A stretch of 64,000 nucleotides of DNA from Massalongia carnosa. Lineage: Eukaryota. Each line of letters opens with the position of its first letter. The stretch's first letter is position 1. Both the position numbers and the translations under genes were made by a program. The stretch lies in NCBI GenBank assembly GCA_965645245.1, contig OZ287069.1, positions 1,488,001 to 1,552,000 on the forward strand, read 5' to 3'. This document shows positions 49,116 through 62,440 of this stretch, piece by piece. Below the pieces are notes generated by a model. It was not told the DNA's origin. It was given only the letters and a program-made list of their open reading frames with translations, and searched no databases.

Positions 49116-50084
49116 ATGACGTCCACACCCCCTCCTACTCGTATCGTTCGAACTCGCCAGGCTCCCAACATCAGATGGAAAGATGAAGACATTCAGCAGA
49201 TTGTTCAATGGCTTTGCTTTCGAGATGGCGATGGAGTCCTTACTCATCTAAACACCTATCAAAAGAGTAATAAAGTGGAGGCATCCAGACGTTTGTTGGA
49301 AGAAAGTGGATTGGGACTGCAACGACCGGACATCTCAAAGGAAAAGACGAGGGACAAAATCGGTCAGATGATAAAGACTTTCAAAGAGACGCGGAGTCTG
49401 GCCGATACAACTGGATGGGGAGTGGATCCTACCAATCATGATGTTGTCGCCGACAACACTCGCGGGGAGACAATCAAGGAGGTTATCTTGAAGAAATGCG
49501 CATGGTACTATGAATTTGAAGAGATCATGGGGGATCTACCTACTATTACCCCTCCATTTCTCATAGAGTCCACTCAGCCTGATGTTACTACAGAATTGAT
49601 GACAGGCGGAAAAGAACTGAACGATGATTCAGAAGATGATAACTTCGAGATTGATCTTAAGGATAAGACTACAGATGAAGATAATCAATCCGAAACGGAT
49701 TTGTTGAAAGAAGGTCCGATGAAGAAGAAGACGGTTAAACATTTAAAACCTTCTACCCTTAACAAGAAGATGGGATCATCCACTAAACGTCCCTGGAATG
49801 TGGACAGCGACAGCGAGACGTCTCGTCCCAAGCTAAGTAAGCAAAGATCTAAAAACAAGTCCGTGGGTGATGCAATGATTGAGGTTCAACTCATGAAATC
49901 TAAAGATTTCGAGATTGATCAGGCTAGACTGCAAAGGAATAATGATCTAGAAATCAAGCAACGAGATCAGCATCATCAGGAGATTATTTTGAAGCATGAA
50001 GAATCCATTATCATGGCTAAAATGCAACATGAGGAGACCATGCGACGACTACAAATCGAGCTGGAGAAGACGTCCCAGAGATAA
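49116..50084 (+). CDS. Harbinger Myb/SANT-like DNA-binding protein (intact ORF)
   Basis: IRWKDED...IVQWL, TGWG, KKCAWYYEFEEIMG, coiled-coil C-terminus; inside the TIRs. Confidence 0.85.
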   Translation: MTSTPPPTRIVRTRQAPNIRWKDEDIQQIVQWLCFRDGDGVLTHLNTYQKSNKVEASRRLLEESGLGLQRPDISKEKTRDKIGQMIKTFKETRSLADTTGWGVDPTNHDVVADNTRGETIKEVILKKCAWYYEFEEIMGDLPTITPPFLIESTQPDVTTELMTGGKELNDDSEDDNFEIDLKDKTTDEDNQSETDLLKEGPMKKKTVKHLKPSTLNKKMGSSTKRPWNVDSDSETSRPKLSKQRSKNKSVGDAMIEVQLMKSKDFEIDQARLQRNNDLEIKQRDQHHQEIILKHEESIIMAKMQHEETMRRLQIELEKTSQR

Positions 50085-50133
50085 GATTTTATTTCATTGA
50101 TGTCTCAAAGATGAGATGCATCTTGCTTAATAG

Positions 50134-51354
50134 TCATCTGCCAATATCATTGAGAACTAGATCTTTTACCTGTTCCTTTTTCAAAATGCCCTCCATCATT
50201 TGCCTTGTAGCCAAATGTTTTAATTCTTCATCATGAGCCTCCTCTTCTGATGTCCACCATCCTTCTTCTTCTTCCCATTCATCATGCATGTCCAACAAAA
50301 CGTTATGCAGTACTACACATGCAGTAATCCAACGAATGGCGTAGATGTAACCTTTTTTGTTTCTAATTCGAAGGCTCAGCCCGGTCAAACTTTTCCATCT
50401 TCCTTTCAAAATTCCAAAGGTGTGCTCGATGTCAATACGAATTCGAGACAGTCTTCTATTGAACTTTCGAACATTCGCATCTCTGGTATGAGGGGCCTTG
50501 TATGGAGTCACCAAATAGCGAGAATTGGTGTAGGCACTGTCGCCGAGAAGATACTGCCCTTCCGAGAAGTAAAGATGAGGATTTCTATTCAAATCTCCCG
50601 CCGCGAAGATTCTCTGATCGTGCTGAGAGTTTGGCCAACCACTGAGGAAGTAAATGAATCTTTTGTCGGAATCGCATACGGCACATAAATCCAGGGCGTA
50701 TCTTTTCTTTCGATTAAAGAATAATTCGCCGTCATAACGACCTCCAGGTTTGGTACTGAGCACTATATCCGTCCCATCCACCTTTCCTACTACTCCGATA
50801 AATCCTGATTCTCGAGTATCATTGGCTAAGCTTTCTCTTGTCCTAGCTCTTGCAGTTGGCCATTTGATGAAGCTATTCCTCAACCGACATAAGGCCTCCA
50901 CCACTCGCTTGGTACAATCGAAAACGTGTCCCTCGGATACTCCCCAAAAGGTGGCAGTTGAAAGAAACCCGCTTCCGCTACCATCATGACCAAGCTTGTA
51001 TAAGGCACATTGAAGTTGACTTTCGACCGGTGCCTGTTGAATATTGGAATTTGTTTTGGAAGACCGAATCGGATCGAATTAAAATCAATTATTCATTAAA
51101 CGGAGATACGACTCATTCATAAATAGCCTCGATATCGATCATCTGAAAGAGTGGGAAGGACTCGAACGGCCCAATTGGACTTGAGAAATGGAAGATCTGG
51201 AAAAAAGATATCTCTGATCCTTTAATCCTTCAGAAAGAATGAGGTATTCCAAAGCGTCATCGGCCTCATTGGAAGAGGTGGCAAGAGTACTACTGGCTAA
51301 GAAAAGGTGGTACAGATCTCTTTGTAAAAGAAGCGTGTTGCTGTATCGAGGCAT
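50134..51354 (-). pseudogene. Harbinger DDE (HARBI1-like) transposase, N-terminal part frameshifted
   Basis: GKVDGT, FFNRKKRY, GWPNSQHD, YLLGDSAY, RIDIEHTFGILKGRW, ACVVLHN; frameshifts and a stop around 51050-51200. Confidence 0.88.
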
Positions 51355-52248
51355 TTCAGAAGCTTGATAAGATGATGCTTTAGAGAATTTCATGATGATT
51401 GATTTTTGATGATGATCAGATAAGGCGATAAGCAGTTTATTAATCTTTTTGAAATTTAAGGTGATAGGGGGACTCAGAGCAAAATGGCAAATACGGGAAT
51501 AATGGTTTATAGAATAAGAAATAACGGTTTATTTATAAAAGTCGAAATTCTACTCTGAAAACCCCTAATAAAAAAGGGACCGGGGGGGGATAGGTAATAA
51601 ATACATACCGATAACTACGTTCGTTTCGTTTCGTTCTGTTTATCTGTTTATCTGTCTATTCAGGGGGTTTTTTGGGGGGGGGGGGGGTTCCTCTTTCTCT
51701 CTCTCTCTCTCTGGCAGTGTCATACATATCCTACCTAATCCTATCCTATCTTGGCATAACATACATAACCCAACAAAGTTTATCGCTCTTTTTTTTTTTT
51801 CTTTCTTTCCCTTACCCATTATAATAGACAGACACGAGACGGATGGACACATATACATATGGAAACAGGCAGGCAGGCAGATCGGCAGATCGACAGCCAA
51901 CCATAAATAGGACGTTTGGAGCCTACCCGGAAACCCTCCCCCCCCCCCTTATTTTTCCATCCCAACCCCCCCTTCTCCGTTCTACCGGTAATATCAATAA
52001 TAATACCTGCATGCATTCCTGCATGCATGCAGATTTCCGAGCCGATCCCAAACGTTTAAACCACCCCGTGCGTGCGAAACAAGTCCATGATATCCACCCA
52101 ACCCTTGTATAACAGGTAACCCTTCCCGAATCCTCCCCCCCCGGTGAGAACCAAAAAACTTCTAAGCCCAGATTCTGTCAGGTTCACAAGCACAATCGTA
52201 TAACCTTCGTAAAGCCCCCTCTCCTTCTCAACGCCAAAGCCAGAAAAT

Positions 52249-53795
52249 CTACTCTGCATCATCTTCATCACGGTCCCTCACGTTTCCCCTGGGCCCATCC
52301 TTGCGGATCGGGATCTTGATGCCCTGCGTGGCGAAGCACTTGCTTAAGCTGGTGCTCTCGATCACGCCGGGGAATTTCTTAGCGCTGTAGACTTGGAACA
52401 TTTTGGAGAAGCAGGAAGAGAGAACGGGAGCGGTGCCGTTGTTAAGGGATTGCGACGAGGAGGGTGAGCCGACGTTGACGAAGTTCATTTTGAGGCTTGA
52501 AGACGAGATGGATCAGCGTCTGATGATAGCTTTGGGGAAAAGAAAGGGGGGGGGGGTTTGGAAGCGCACGAGAGAGACGGAGGAGCTTACCGGAAAGATC
52601 CTTCCGTTCTGACGCTGAGATCTTGAAGGATGAACCAAACACCCATGTTGTTATCCGGGTCGGTGAGCTTAAACGCGCTGACGCAGAGACTGCCGATGAG
52701 GTTCCGGGTGAACATGCCGCTTGGAGACGAGCGAGGATCGATGGTGGTAGGAGGCATGTGTTGCGGTGAGAGCAAAGGCCCTTGGTTCGGTTGGAGGGGC
52801 TGCTGGTAATAGCCGGTTGGGGTTACGGGAGTGGAGGATGGGGCGTTGTTGTAATAGCCTTGCTGGGGTTGGGAGGCTAGCGGCGGGGTGGGAACGTGTT
52901 GCTGATGCTGATATGGGTTGTGGGTTTGCTGCGGGTAGGAGGGGGGCAGATAAGCCGACATGGAACCTTGCTGGTAGGCGTTGTGGTTGGCCATTTGTTG
53001 ATGCATGTTCAGCTGCGGGAGCGGTGGAGCATATCCGGGGGCCAGTTGCACCTGGGGTTGCTGGGTCGCGTAGCTATGGAAAGGAGCGGTTCCGGAGGAT
53101 GGGGGTGGGTACGAGGATGAAGTTGCAGCCGATATCGAGGGGGAGGTTGCTGAATGTCGTACCAGATTGACTTCGCGGAGGCCATCTCCCGACCAAAGAT
53201 CGACGGTCAGGACGAAGAACGAGGTATCGATTTCGCTATACAGACACACACACACACACACACGTTTAGCCATCACTTTTCTATGGCGATGCGGCATCAC
53301 CGTCGAAGGGGGTTTGACGAACTTGATGTCAATCTCCTTGCGCGTGTTGGCATCTCGCACGACGAGTCGGATGCACGGTGGTGGTGTGATAGGCCGTCTG
53401 TCCTGCCGGATTGCCGGATTGTCTTAGCCAGCTCCGGTGGAAGAAGGTTCCAGCGTTTTCGATGACCACGTACCTTGTCACCAAATCCGCACATTCGTGC
53501 CCGGATGGGTTGTTGGACGACCTCGAGACTGCACGAGCATCGTTAGCCGGTGCTCTACGCGTGGGATCTCATGCGTTCCATCATACTGATATATCCTGCC
53601 ATTGTCCATGCAGCTGGTGGGATGTGGATCTTGAGGGGATTGCGGGAGAGTCGGAAGCACCGTGGCCGACGATGGGGCGTGGTAGGAGGGAGCGGAACGG
53701 TCGTTGGGAAGAGGAGGATCCATGGACAGCGGCGGTGGAATTGGAACGGGGAGAGGGATTGAGTGGTGATGCTGGCGTTGTTGAGCAAGGTACAT
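52249..53795 (-). CDS. velB: Velvet complex subunit B, multi-exon
   Basis: [79 protein letters not shown] (split velvet domain). Confidence 0.95.
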
Positions 53796-54029
53796 GGTTG
53801 TCGTGAAGGTTAGTTTGGGGTGTGTGGGTTTTTTTGGGGGGGGAAGGGGGGAGGGGGGAGGAAGGGGGTTCCAAAAATTGGGTTGACTTGAGAACAGCCT
53901 TCCCACATGTACCACTCTTGTCTTCCGCTCGTTCCAAGTGTCGGTGGTTAATATATGGATGGAGGAAGCAACGATGCGAATGGGAAGAGGGTCGTGAGGG
54001 GGAGAGGGAGGAGGGATGGGTAGGTAAGT

Positions 54030-55230
54030 ATATATATATCTCTCTCTCTCTCTAAAGATGGACGGATGGATGGATGTGTGTGTGTGTGTGCGTGTGCGTG
54101 TGTGTATGTGTGTGTATGTGTGTGTATGTATGTGTGTGTGTGTGTTTATTAGTTATCCTCCCTCGAGTCTGGCACGCACACAACTTCCAACTCGGACTCT
54201 CTACGTTCGTTACAGAGCGGCGGTGAAGGCGAATTGGGCTTATCTTAGCGTGATATCATAGATTAAAAGTCGGTTGGGCCATCAAGAGAGGCTTTTCCAA
54301 TGCGAGGCCTTTAATGGAGTATATGTAACTACGTAACTCTATCCTGTGTCGTCTGTTCCACTACGACGGATTGTTCAAGCATTCAAGCATTCAAGCATTC
54401 AAGCATTCAAGCATTCAGGCATTCAAGCGTTCAGGCATCCTTCCAGTTCCAGGTGAATGGCAACGCATCCCTACCAAGCAAGCCACAACCACGAATGGCG
54501 GAAGTTTAAATGTATAAATACCTGAAGATATTGAATGCCTGTTATGTAATCGGTATGGAACAGGTATAGAACATGTATGCAATAGGGATGCAATAGGGAT
54601 GCAATAGGGATGCAATAGGATCCAATAGGGATGAATGGATCGCAGTGCCCGTGCGGGGAAAGGGAAAAGGGTAGCACATGTTAACTACGAGGACTAGGCG
54701 TTATCTACCCCGACTCGCTCAAGCATCCTCTCGACCCAATTGACTGCAAGAGGGAATACTCTCTCCATCCGATAGCAATAGATGGCTCGTAACACTGGGT
54801 ACGGGGTACGTTGCTCTCCGGCTCATGGTTGCTTGGTTGTATAATTGTATAATTGTATAATTGTGTGGTTGTATGGCTGTATGGTTGTATGGTTGTATGG
54901 TTGTAAGGTTGTATGGTAATGATGTTGTGGATGATGCTTTGGAATGATGGCGATGGGGGGATCCGAGCGATTCGGTGGATCAATGGATCTAGTGGATTTC
55001 GTGACATCGGTCATGTGCCATTGGTTACCAAAAGCCGGGTTTGGGTTTCTGCTCGGCGATAACCGCAGCTGGAGAGCCTAGGGGACAAGCGAAGGAATCA
55101 CGGATGATACGGACCATTAGGGCCCAGGCTGGTCAAAAGTCCCGGTCGGAGTCTGGCTGGTCAAAGTCGGTTCAAGTTGAGTCAAGTCGAGTCAAGTCGA
55201 GTCAAGTCGAGTCAAGTCGGGTCAAGTCGA
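54030..55230. repeat. Cluster of simple tandem repeats upstream of velB: (TG)n, (AAGCATTC)n, (ATGCAATAGGG)n, (GTTGTATG)n, (GAGTCAAGTC)n
   Basis: Visible arrays near 54075-54145, 54378-54430, 54577-54620, 54835-54916 and 55170-55230. Confidence 0.9.
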
Positions 55231-55531
55231 CCCAATCGTATCGAATCCAAGTCAGCGTCCTTGAGTGATTGGTGATCCAATTCACAATTCGTCAACTTCT
55301 CTCGTCCCCATCAATCCAAGCCCCTCCCCCCCCCTGACGAAAACCCATTCCCATGGTTACCCCCAAACTCTCCCCAGTCCCGACTTTCGACAGCCTTTCG
55401 TCATGCCGGCCCCAAAGATCTTCATTCCGGGACGTGTGACTAAGAGTGACGAGGAAATTTATGCACCTACGGCCTGCACAGATGACCATCAATGTGCTGG
55501 CGTCGGATCTCCCCCCCCTCCAAACTTCCAT

Positions 55532-56251
55532 TTAGATTTTCTTGCACGGTTCATTGGACGATGGGAGCCAAATGAATGGAACCCCCCTTACGATCGACAG
55601 GGTTAAATAAACTCCCCACCGTTGCTCCCGAAGGACCCGAGCCAAGTTAACCCGTTCACCCCTTCCACTCATGTCCTGCCCTTTTGCCTTGCTCGCGGCT
55701 TCCTCGTCTACACCTGCTCCATCGCCTACCCAATCGTGAGTCAACATCATGCATGTTCCTGAGCGAGGCGGCATCCCCTTCGATTCTGGATTCTGTAGTA
55801 CAACCCATGGCTCTTGAGAGATCGCGTTCCACCGCGGAGGATGTGGGATGGTGAATGCAGATGTGTAGACAGGCGGTATCACCATCAATGACGTTGCTTC
55901 GTCGAGTCGTGCCTGCACCGAGCATCTCACGCGATCGTGAGCTCTACTTCTGAAATCGGAGAGCCCCAGAAATTCTTTGTTGAGAGCGTCATGTACGTAC
56001 GACGACACTACTTTATGCTCTACGTGTTTATACATCCTCGTGGCGATGTTATATATATGACCGCATTCGTGAAGCTGTCCGGTGCTAGTATAATACAAAA
56101 TGGAGATCAATGCCTCAAGAAGACGAGGCTTTTTCTCATGGCACAGCGTTTCTCCCCCCCGGTACGGTTCAAGTCCAGTCGTCAGGCAACCTTGCCACCT
56201 TATTTGCCGCACTGAATACATGAACTCTGGAAATGTTATATGCACGACCAA
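55532..56251 (-). CDS. Possible orphan ORF (239 aa)
   Basis: Long ORF with no recognisable motif and a non-ATG start in the track. Confidence 0.2.
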   Translation of the reverse strand: MVVHITFPEFMYSVRQIRWQGCLTTGLEPYRGGETLCHEKKPRLLEALISILYYTSTGQLHECGHIYNIATRMYKHVEHKVVSSYVHDALNKEFLGLSDFRSRAHDRVRCSVQARLDEATSLMVIPPVYTSAFTIPHPPRWNAISQEPWVVLQNPESKGMPPRSGTCMMLTHDWVGDGAGVDEEAASKAKGQDMSGRGERVNLARVLREQRWGVYLTLSIVRGVPFIWLPSSNEPCKKI

Positions 56252-57110
56252 GTTATGTGGGGTCCCTGAACAGCCAAAGCACTACCGCTGGGTAGACTCT
56301 CGATCGTCCTCATCTCGATGACAGTTGCCAATCGCACAGCAAGAAGAAAACTCCATATGGGTTCCCGTCTGGTTGGGCATTGGTCCTTTGCTAGGATCAG
56401 GTCCACTGTGTCCCCAAATCCCCAAACCCAGGATGTATCAATGCATCCAAGATCAAGTCAACCTTAAAACTTCAAGGGGGAGCGTTTACCACAATCAACA
56501 GCCTGTAACGCTCGGGACAGAAGAAGCACGGTGATGTTCAGATGAGCCATGTATACTTTGACAGCACATCAAGTCGGAAAAACAAAAACATGCTAGCGCT
56601 GATATCTGAGTTGCTTTTCCTGCTTTTCGTGACTCCTGTTGCGTCATGACGATGAGACATCGAAGATGAGGGAAGTCGAGGTTGATTACTTCGTATTGAT
56701 AACTACCTCAAATGGCCAGATAGACTCCCTGGCTTAACATTAGTGCGCTTGGTGGACGTGTGGTTCGGTTGGGATCAGGTCGGATCAGGTCAGATGTTTT
56801 GGTTTGGGGACAAAGTCGTTCGATCACGTGTCAAAAGACGTGAAAAGATCATTCGTCCAGAACCTCGACTTTGAGGCAAGCGTCAAACCCTTTCCGAACC
56901 AAAACAAGCTGGAGGATTATGTCAGCTAAACTTGGAGTTCGTCAGAGAAGTTTAGAAACTTTGTTTCAAGGCAAGCGTCTTCGGATGGAACAAACTCCTT
57001 CCGGCCACGACCAAGACAAGGAGCCGTAGCTCATGCTGTATCCTGCTCCAAGTTGACTTTCTCAATATTTCCTTGCCCTCACCCCATCAATGGTGATCTG
57101 AATGAATGCC

Positions 57111-59175
57111 ATGGAGTCCTCGAGTTCTCTGTCTGTCTCTGCAAAGAAACGGTCTCAAACTGAGTACGAGGAGGATTCAGCCATGCACGTTGATCCGGTG
57201 GGTGTGGAAGGTTTTTCTTCGTCCCCGTGTTTGCTGCTTGAAGCTGACATTCTTGCAAGACTCTTCCGAAGATGACGATATTGGACCTGCTATGCCTTCG
57301 TCTGCCCCGAAAAAGAAACGACGAGTGCTCCCATACGAGAAGCTCTACATCTCCGCCTTACCTTCGTCACCGCGTTACTCCAAATCCTTGATGCACAAGG
57401 ATCAGCTTTCGTTCGTGACGATGACACCATTCACCGATTTCCTCATCACCAGCTCCATTGACGGCGTGGTCAAGTTCTGGAAGAAGGTTGCGGTCGGCAT
57501 TGAACCGGTCAAGGAGTTTAAGGCACACATAGGTGAAATCCGCAGCGTCAGCGTCAGCCGAGACGGCCGAAGTTTCGCAACGGCTGGAATAGACAAGACG
57601 CTCAAGATCTTCGATGTGATCACCTTCGGTAGGTTTACGGGTGCGCGCGGTGTTCCCAAGGTTAATGATGGCCAGACCTGCTCGCGATATTGCAACTAGA
57701 AAACACGCCAAAGTCGATATGCTGGGTACACAGACGTGGGGCATCGATACCGCTTTTGGCAGTATCCGAAGACAATGGCCATGCGATCAGCATATACGAC
57801 GGTCAAGGCGAATCGACAAAACCATTCCATGTCATTGCCGCTCTTCACCGAAGCACGGTGCTACAGATGGCTTATAATAACGAATTCGATTGCGTGGTTT
57901 CTACCGACGAGAGTGGTATGATAGAATACTGGCGCCCAGGTGGAAATTACGATAAACCCGACAATGTATTCCAGTACAAGAGCTCTACGGATTTATTTGA
58001 ATTCAAAAAATCCAAATCACTCCCTACCTCAATTACCCTTTCTTCGTCCGGCACCCAGTTCGCTACTTTCTCCTTTCCTGATCGAAAGATCCGTTTGTTT
58101 GATTTTGCCACAGGCAAGTTATATCGAACTTATGACGAATCTCTTATGACAATTTCCGACATGCAGCAAGCTGGGGCTGCTCTCTATCGACTCGAAGATG
58201 TGGAGTTCGGACGGAGGCTTGCAGTGGAAAGAGAGTTGGAGAATCCAGCGCTACAAAACAAAATCAACGTCATCTTTGATGAGTCGAGTAATTTCATCCT
58301 CTATGGCTCCATATTAGGAATCAAAGTCGTCAATACTCTGACCAACCGAGCCGTCAAGATCTTCGGTAAAGACGAACCCTTTCGATCCCTCAATCTCGCC
58401 TTGTACCAAGGCCAACCCCAGAAGAAGGGAGTGGTTACCATATCGATGGCGGCCAGCGCAAACCCACTTTTACAAGAAGCAGAAGAACGCGACCCGATGC
58501 TTGTATGCACGGGGTCGGGAAAAGTCCGATTCTACATCTTTACGAACGAGGAAGACATTGTCAAATCCACGCGCGACGTGCAGAATGAGAAACCGAGGAA
58601 TCTCAACGCCCGGCAACAGGCCGACGCGAAACCGGCGGAAACGGGGTCGGCTGCGATCCTGCATACCACCTTGGGCGACATCCACATTCGGTTATTCCCT
58701 GAAGCTGCGCCGAAAGCGGTGGAGAATTTTGTCACGCATTCCAAGAATGGGTATTACAACAACACCATCTTCCACCGTGTGATCCGGAAATTCATGATCC
58801 AGGTAACCTCGCTCCTCGCCCTTGCATGTTCAAGAATCCATCCCCCCTAACCGCCCGCCCCCCAAAAAACAGTGCGGCGATCCCCTCGGCGACGGCACTG
58901 GCGGCGAGAGCATTTGGGGCACCGAGTTCGCGGACGAGTTCTCCTCGCTTAAGCATGACAAGCCGTACACGGTCAGCATGGCCAACGCGGGCCCCAACAC
59001 CAACGGCTCGCAGTTCTTCATCACGACGGAGAAGACGCCCTGGCTGGACAAGAAGCACACGATTTTCGGGCGCGCGGTCCGGGGCATGGACGTCGTGCAT
59101 CGGATCGAGAATGTGAGAGTGTTTAAGGAGAAGCCGGAGGAGGATGTGAGGATTGTGAACGTGGAGGTTTTGTGA
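57111..59175 (+). CDS. cyp15: WD40 + cyclophilin peptidyl-prolyl isomerase (PPWD1 ortholog), multi-exon
   Basis: [71 protein letters not shown]. Confidence 0.95.
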
Positions 59176-59630
59176 AGGCGGAGACGGGCGGAGTCCCAAA
59201 ACGGGGGGGGGGCGGTTAGGTGTCCGGCGGGCGGTTGGCAGGTGGAGGTGTTTCGGAGGCAATCTGTTTAGTATGAAGGACTGACTGGTGGGCTTGTTGG
59301 TATTTGCGGAGTGGTTAACATCTTAATGATGAGACATTTCAATCAAACAGTCAACCCATCTTCATGAATCACCGGGGTAAACAAACCCAAATCCTCAGTA
59401 GCAGCCCTCCACCATCCATCCGCCCTTCCTCCCCCCCCTAATAACCACTTAGCGGCTCAGTTCCAATGCCACACCGACTTACGTCTAGATTGCCACCCCC
59501 TTTCCCTTGCCTAGGGCCCAACTTGACCCTTTGGTCCACTTTTCTCTCTCGGGCCTCGTCTTACTTACCTTTCTTTCTCTCTACTGGATATACTCATACG
59601 GAAGGAACCCATAAATCATCGGATGATCTG

Positions 59631-59661
<31 letters not shown>

Positions 59662-61459
59662 GACGTCTCCCAGATAGATTGTCACAATATTATAACATAG
59701 CATGCTTTCATACTCTAACACTTGCTTATCTCCGTGATAAGCCCGGCTTAACCGGCACGTGACCGGGTAACTCTTTGGTTCCTTCCCATGATAGGAACAG
59801 GTCCAGATTGGGACTAGTCTAGATTAGCTGCTTTACACAGATCTCCTTTTTTTCGCTAGTACGCGTACCCGTATATACTATATCATAAAACGAAGGCTTC
59901 CTCGAGCCTATGTAACTTGTCCTGGACACGCTTGACGTAGTAAATCGGCCGGTCAAAAGAGAACCTGTCAGAGATCTGTTTGGTTGTTGTTGTTGTTGTT
60001 ATTATTGACTTTGTAGGTCATGGTGGACTTCTTGTAGTCCGCATGGTAGGGGATGGCAATGGCATAAATAGTGGTGATGAAGACAGTGCCTGTGCGGCTA
60101 GTTCGGTGAACTGATACATTTGTACGTACGGTATATTTTAATTTTTTTATTAATTCATTAAGCGTATGCATCCTAAGGATATGACGCTGTGACTGCTATT
60201 TATGTACATAAACAACAGTCAGGAAGTGGAAACCTGGCCCCCAGGGTAAACCAACTCCCTTGTTCCATGTTGAACGCAACGAGACCGTCGTTCTACCACG
60301 CGGTGCATACACCCAGATCTTCAAGCGCTAGGAATCCTATAGACTCGATGAACTAGACAGTGTATTTCCACACGTTCGACGAACGTTGTCTCTCTTTAAA
60401 CGTTTTGATTCAATGGAGGAAAGACTGGCCGTGATCGAGGGCAGATCGTGGTGTCGTATAAATGAAGGTGTGTAAGTGTGGCCATTCTAAATGAATGGGC
60501 TTTTTCGATGTGGTGAAAGGCTTCCGCCTGAGGGGTGTGGCCATTCCGAATGAATGGGCTTTGTATGTGTGCCTTCGAGGTGACGAATGATCAGTAGAGA
60601 CGTTGATCGTTCAAATGGCCCACCGAGGTGGACTTCCGCGTTGGCGATGATCAGATATTGGCCACCTCCGAGGAGGTGTTGATAGCCTGCACCACGTAGA
60701 GGTTTCTGACCCAGCAGGCCTGTACGTACGGTAGCGGTGCTTTCGAACAATTTTTATTCTTTGTCCCTTTAAAAATACTTTCAGGCTGGTTATAGAATAA
60801 TTATATGAAATAGATAATAAGTAAAATGCGATATATCGTCCATTTTTGATCTTGGATCTCGGAGTTCCGACCCAATCTCCTTTTTCGCTTTTCCTCACAA
60901 ATCTTTGGAGGCAATGGATACGAAAACTTTGTCAATTTTGGATTTTTCGTTATGTTGGGACTTTATTGAGGCGCCCCCTGAACGAAAGAATCATTCTCCT
61001 TGTCGGTAAGGAAACAAAAGCATTGTGGTCTTTTCATCCCTTGTTCCTAAGACATTGTTGATGGCGCTCCTTAACCTGAGCTCAAGTCTCTCCCACAAAG
61101 AAGCTTTGTACAGAACGAACAACAAGGATCCGTTAGAGTTTCCTCCCTTGTCCTTGAGCTTTGTTGAGATCTGAAGAAGAACGAACGACTTGAGCAATTC
61201 TGTGATAAAGAACAACCTAAAGAGGAGCTGTCAGAGTAATCCTAAGGGACAGTATAAGGCAGCCCGAGCCACCGCAGATATTTGAAAGTACTTCACTGTT
61301 CGCCGGCAAGAGTGAAGTCTGCTCCTTTCAAAGCCCAACCGTCAAACCGTCATCCCTCATCGAAGAAACTGAGAGGATTGCTCAATAAGCATATTCCACA
61401 GACTGTCAAGAAAACCCCTTAAGTGATAGATCAACTCCTATTTTTCCCGTCCAAACCTC

Positions 61460-61726
61460 ATGGGTTCCATGCTCTCCTGTGTGTCGCACAGCGTATCTAA
61501 ATGGGCAGAATGGGATGACCCTGAATACCGCCCCTTTATCCAAAGAAAGACCCGCAGGGAGCTGCGCAAGGAACGCATGGTTCGGCAACAACGCCATCAT
61601 GAGAGGATGCAAAAAAGCCGTTCAATTAGGGCGGACGTTCGAGAGAGTAACCTTGCAAGACGGCGCGACTGGGAATTGCATCAAAAGCGGAAAAGACTCA
61701 GCCAAGAAATGTATTGGGAACGATGA
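61460..61726 (+). CDS. Possible small basic protein (88 aa) with N-myristoylation-like start
   Basis: MGSMLSC start, then R/E/K-rich helical sequence. Confidence 0.35.
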   Translation: MGSMLSCVSHSVSKWAEWDDPEYRPFIQRKTRRELRKERMVRQQRHHERMQKSRSIRADVRESNLARRRDWELHQKRKRLSQEMYWER

Positions 61727-62440
61727 TTCTATAAAGAGCTATGTGTTTGGGTAAAATACGATTCGCTGTCATGACTTGGGTTGGCGGAAAAAGTGATGAA
61801 AACTACCTCTTACAACAAGGGAGAATACTATTGAATGGTTAATCAACTCGTTATTTCTTTGTCGTAAGGCGTTCACGATCTGGTTTTAGAAGCAATGATA
61901 ACAAATTACCCACCTAAAAGATCTAGGCTATTTACCAACATTCCACTACTAATTCATTTGTAGTTATACCCAGTTTTCTAGCCTGGCACCACTCATGGGG
62001 ATTATGTGTGGATATAATGCAAAAGTAAAGATAGGACAGTAATCGACAATGCTCTACTTGAAGAAAGATGCACCTGAGTACCGGGATGAACTCTGATTAC
62101 ATGCGGGAAGAGAATTATATTTGAGGAAAGAAACAACGTGGTACTCGTTGGTGGTATGTAGGCTTGAACATGAATGTGATTTCCTTTGTAAGAGAACTAA
62201 AAGACAATTGAAAGGGAGAGCTTTTGACAAAATTGTATTCGACACTCCGGCTCTTCCGTCTTCGCCACTTGTAAAAGCTGTAAAAATTTAGAATTGGTGA
62301 CGGTGCACGGTAAAGGCAAGAAAGTAAAGCCATGGGACCGGCTTCTCGAAGCCGATGTTGAATAAGCTGCCGTTATGTCTTCATTAGCATTAGCATTGTT
62401 TTCGATCTAAAAGTCTCATCTAGTTCTTCGTGGGGTTGAT

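Larger units (their letters stand above)
48720..51566. mobile_element. PIF/Harbinger DNA transposon, 2847 bp, AAT target duplication
   Basis: 19-bp perfect TIR AGGGGTTTTCAGAGTAGAA; AAT on both sides; subterminal ATAAACCATTATTCCCGT repeats; two convergent ORFs. Confidence 0.93.

Noticed and set aside
59631..59657. Poly-A run as a retroposon tail
   Set aside because: No target duplication or upstream retroelement/retrogene similarity seen
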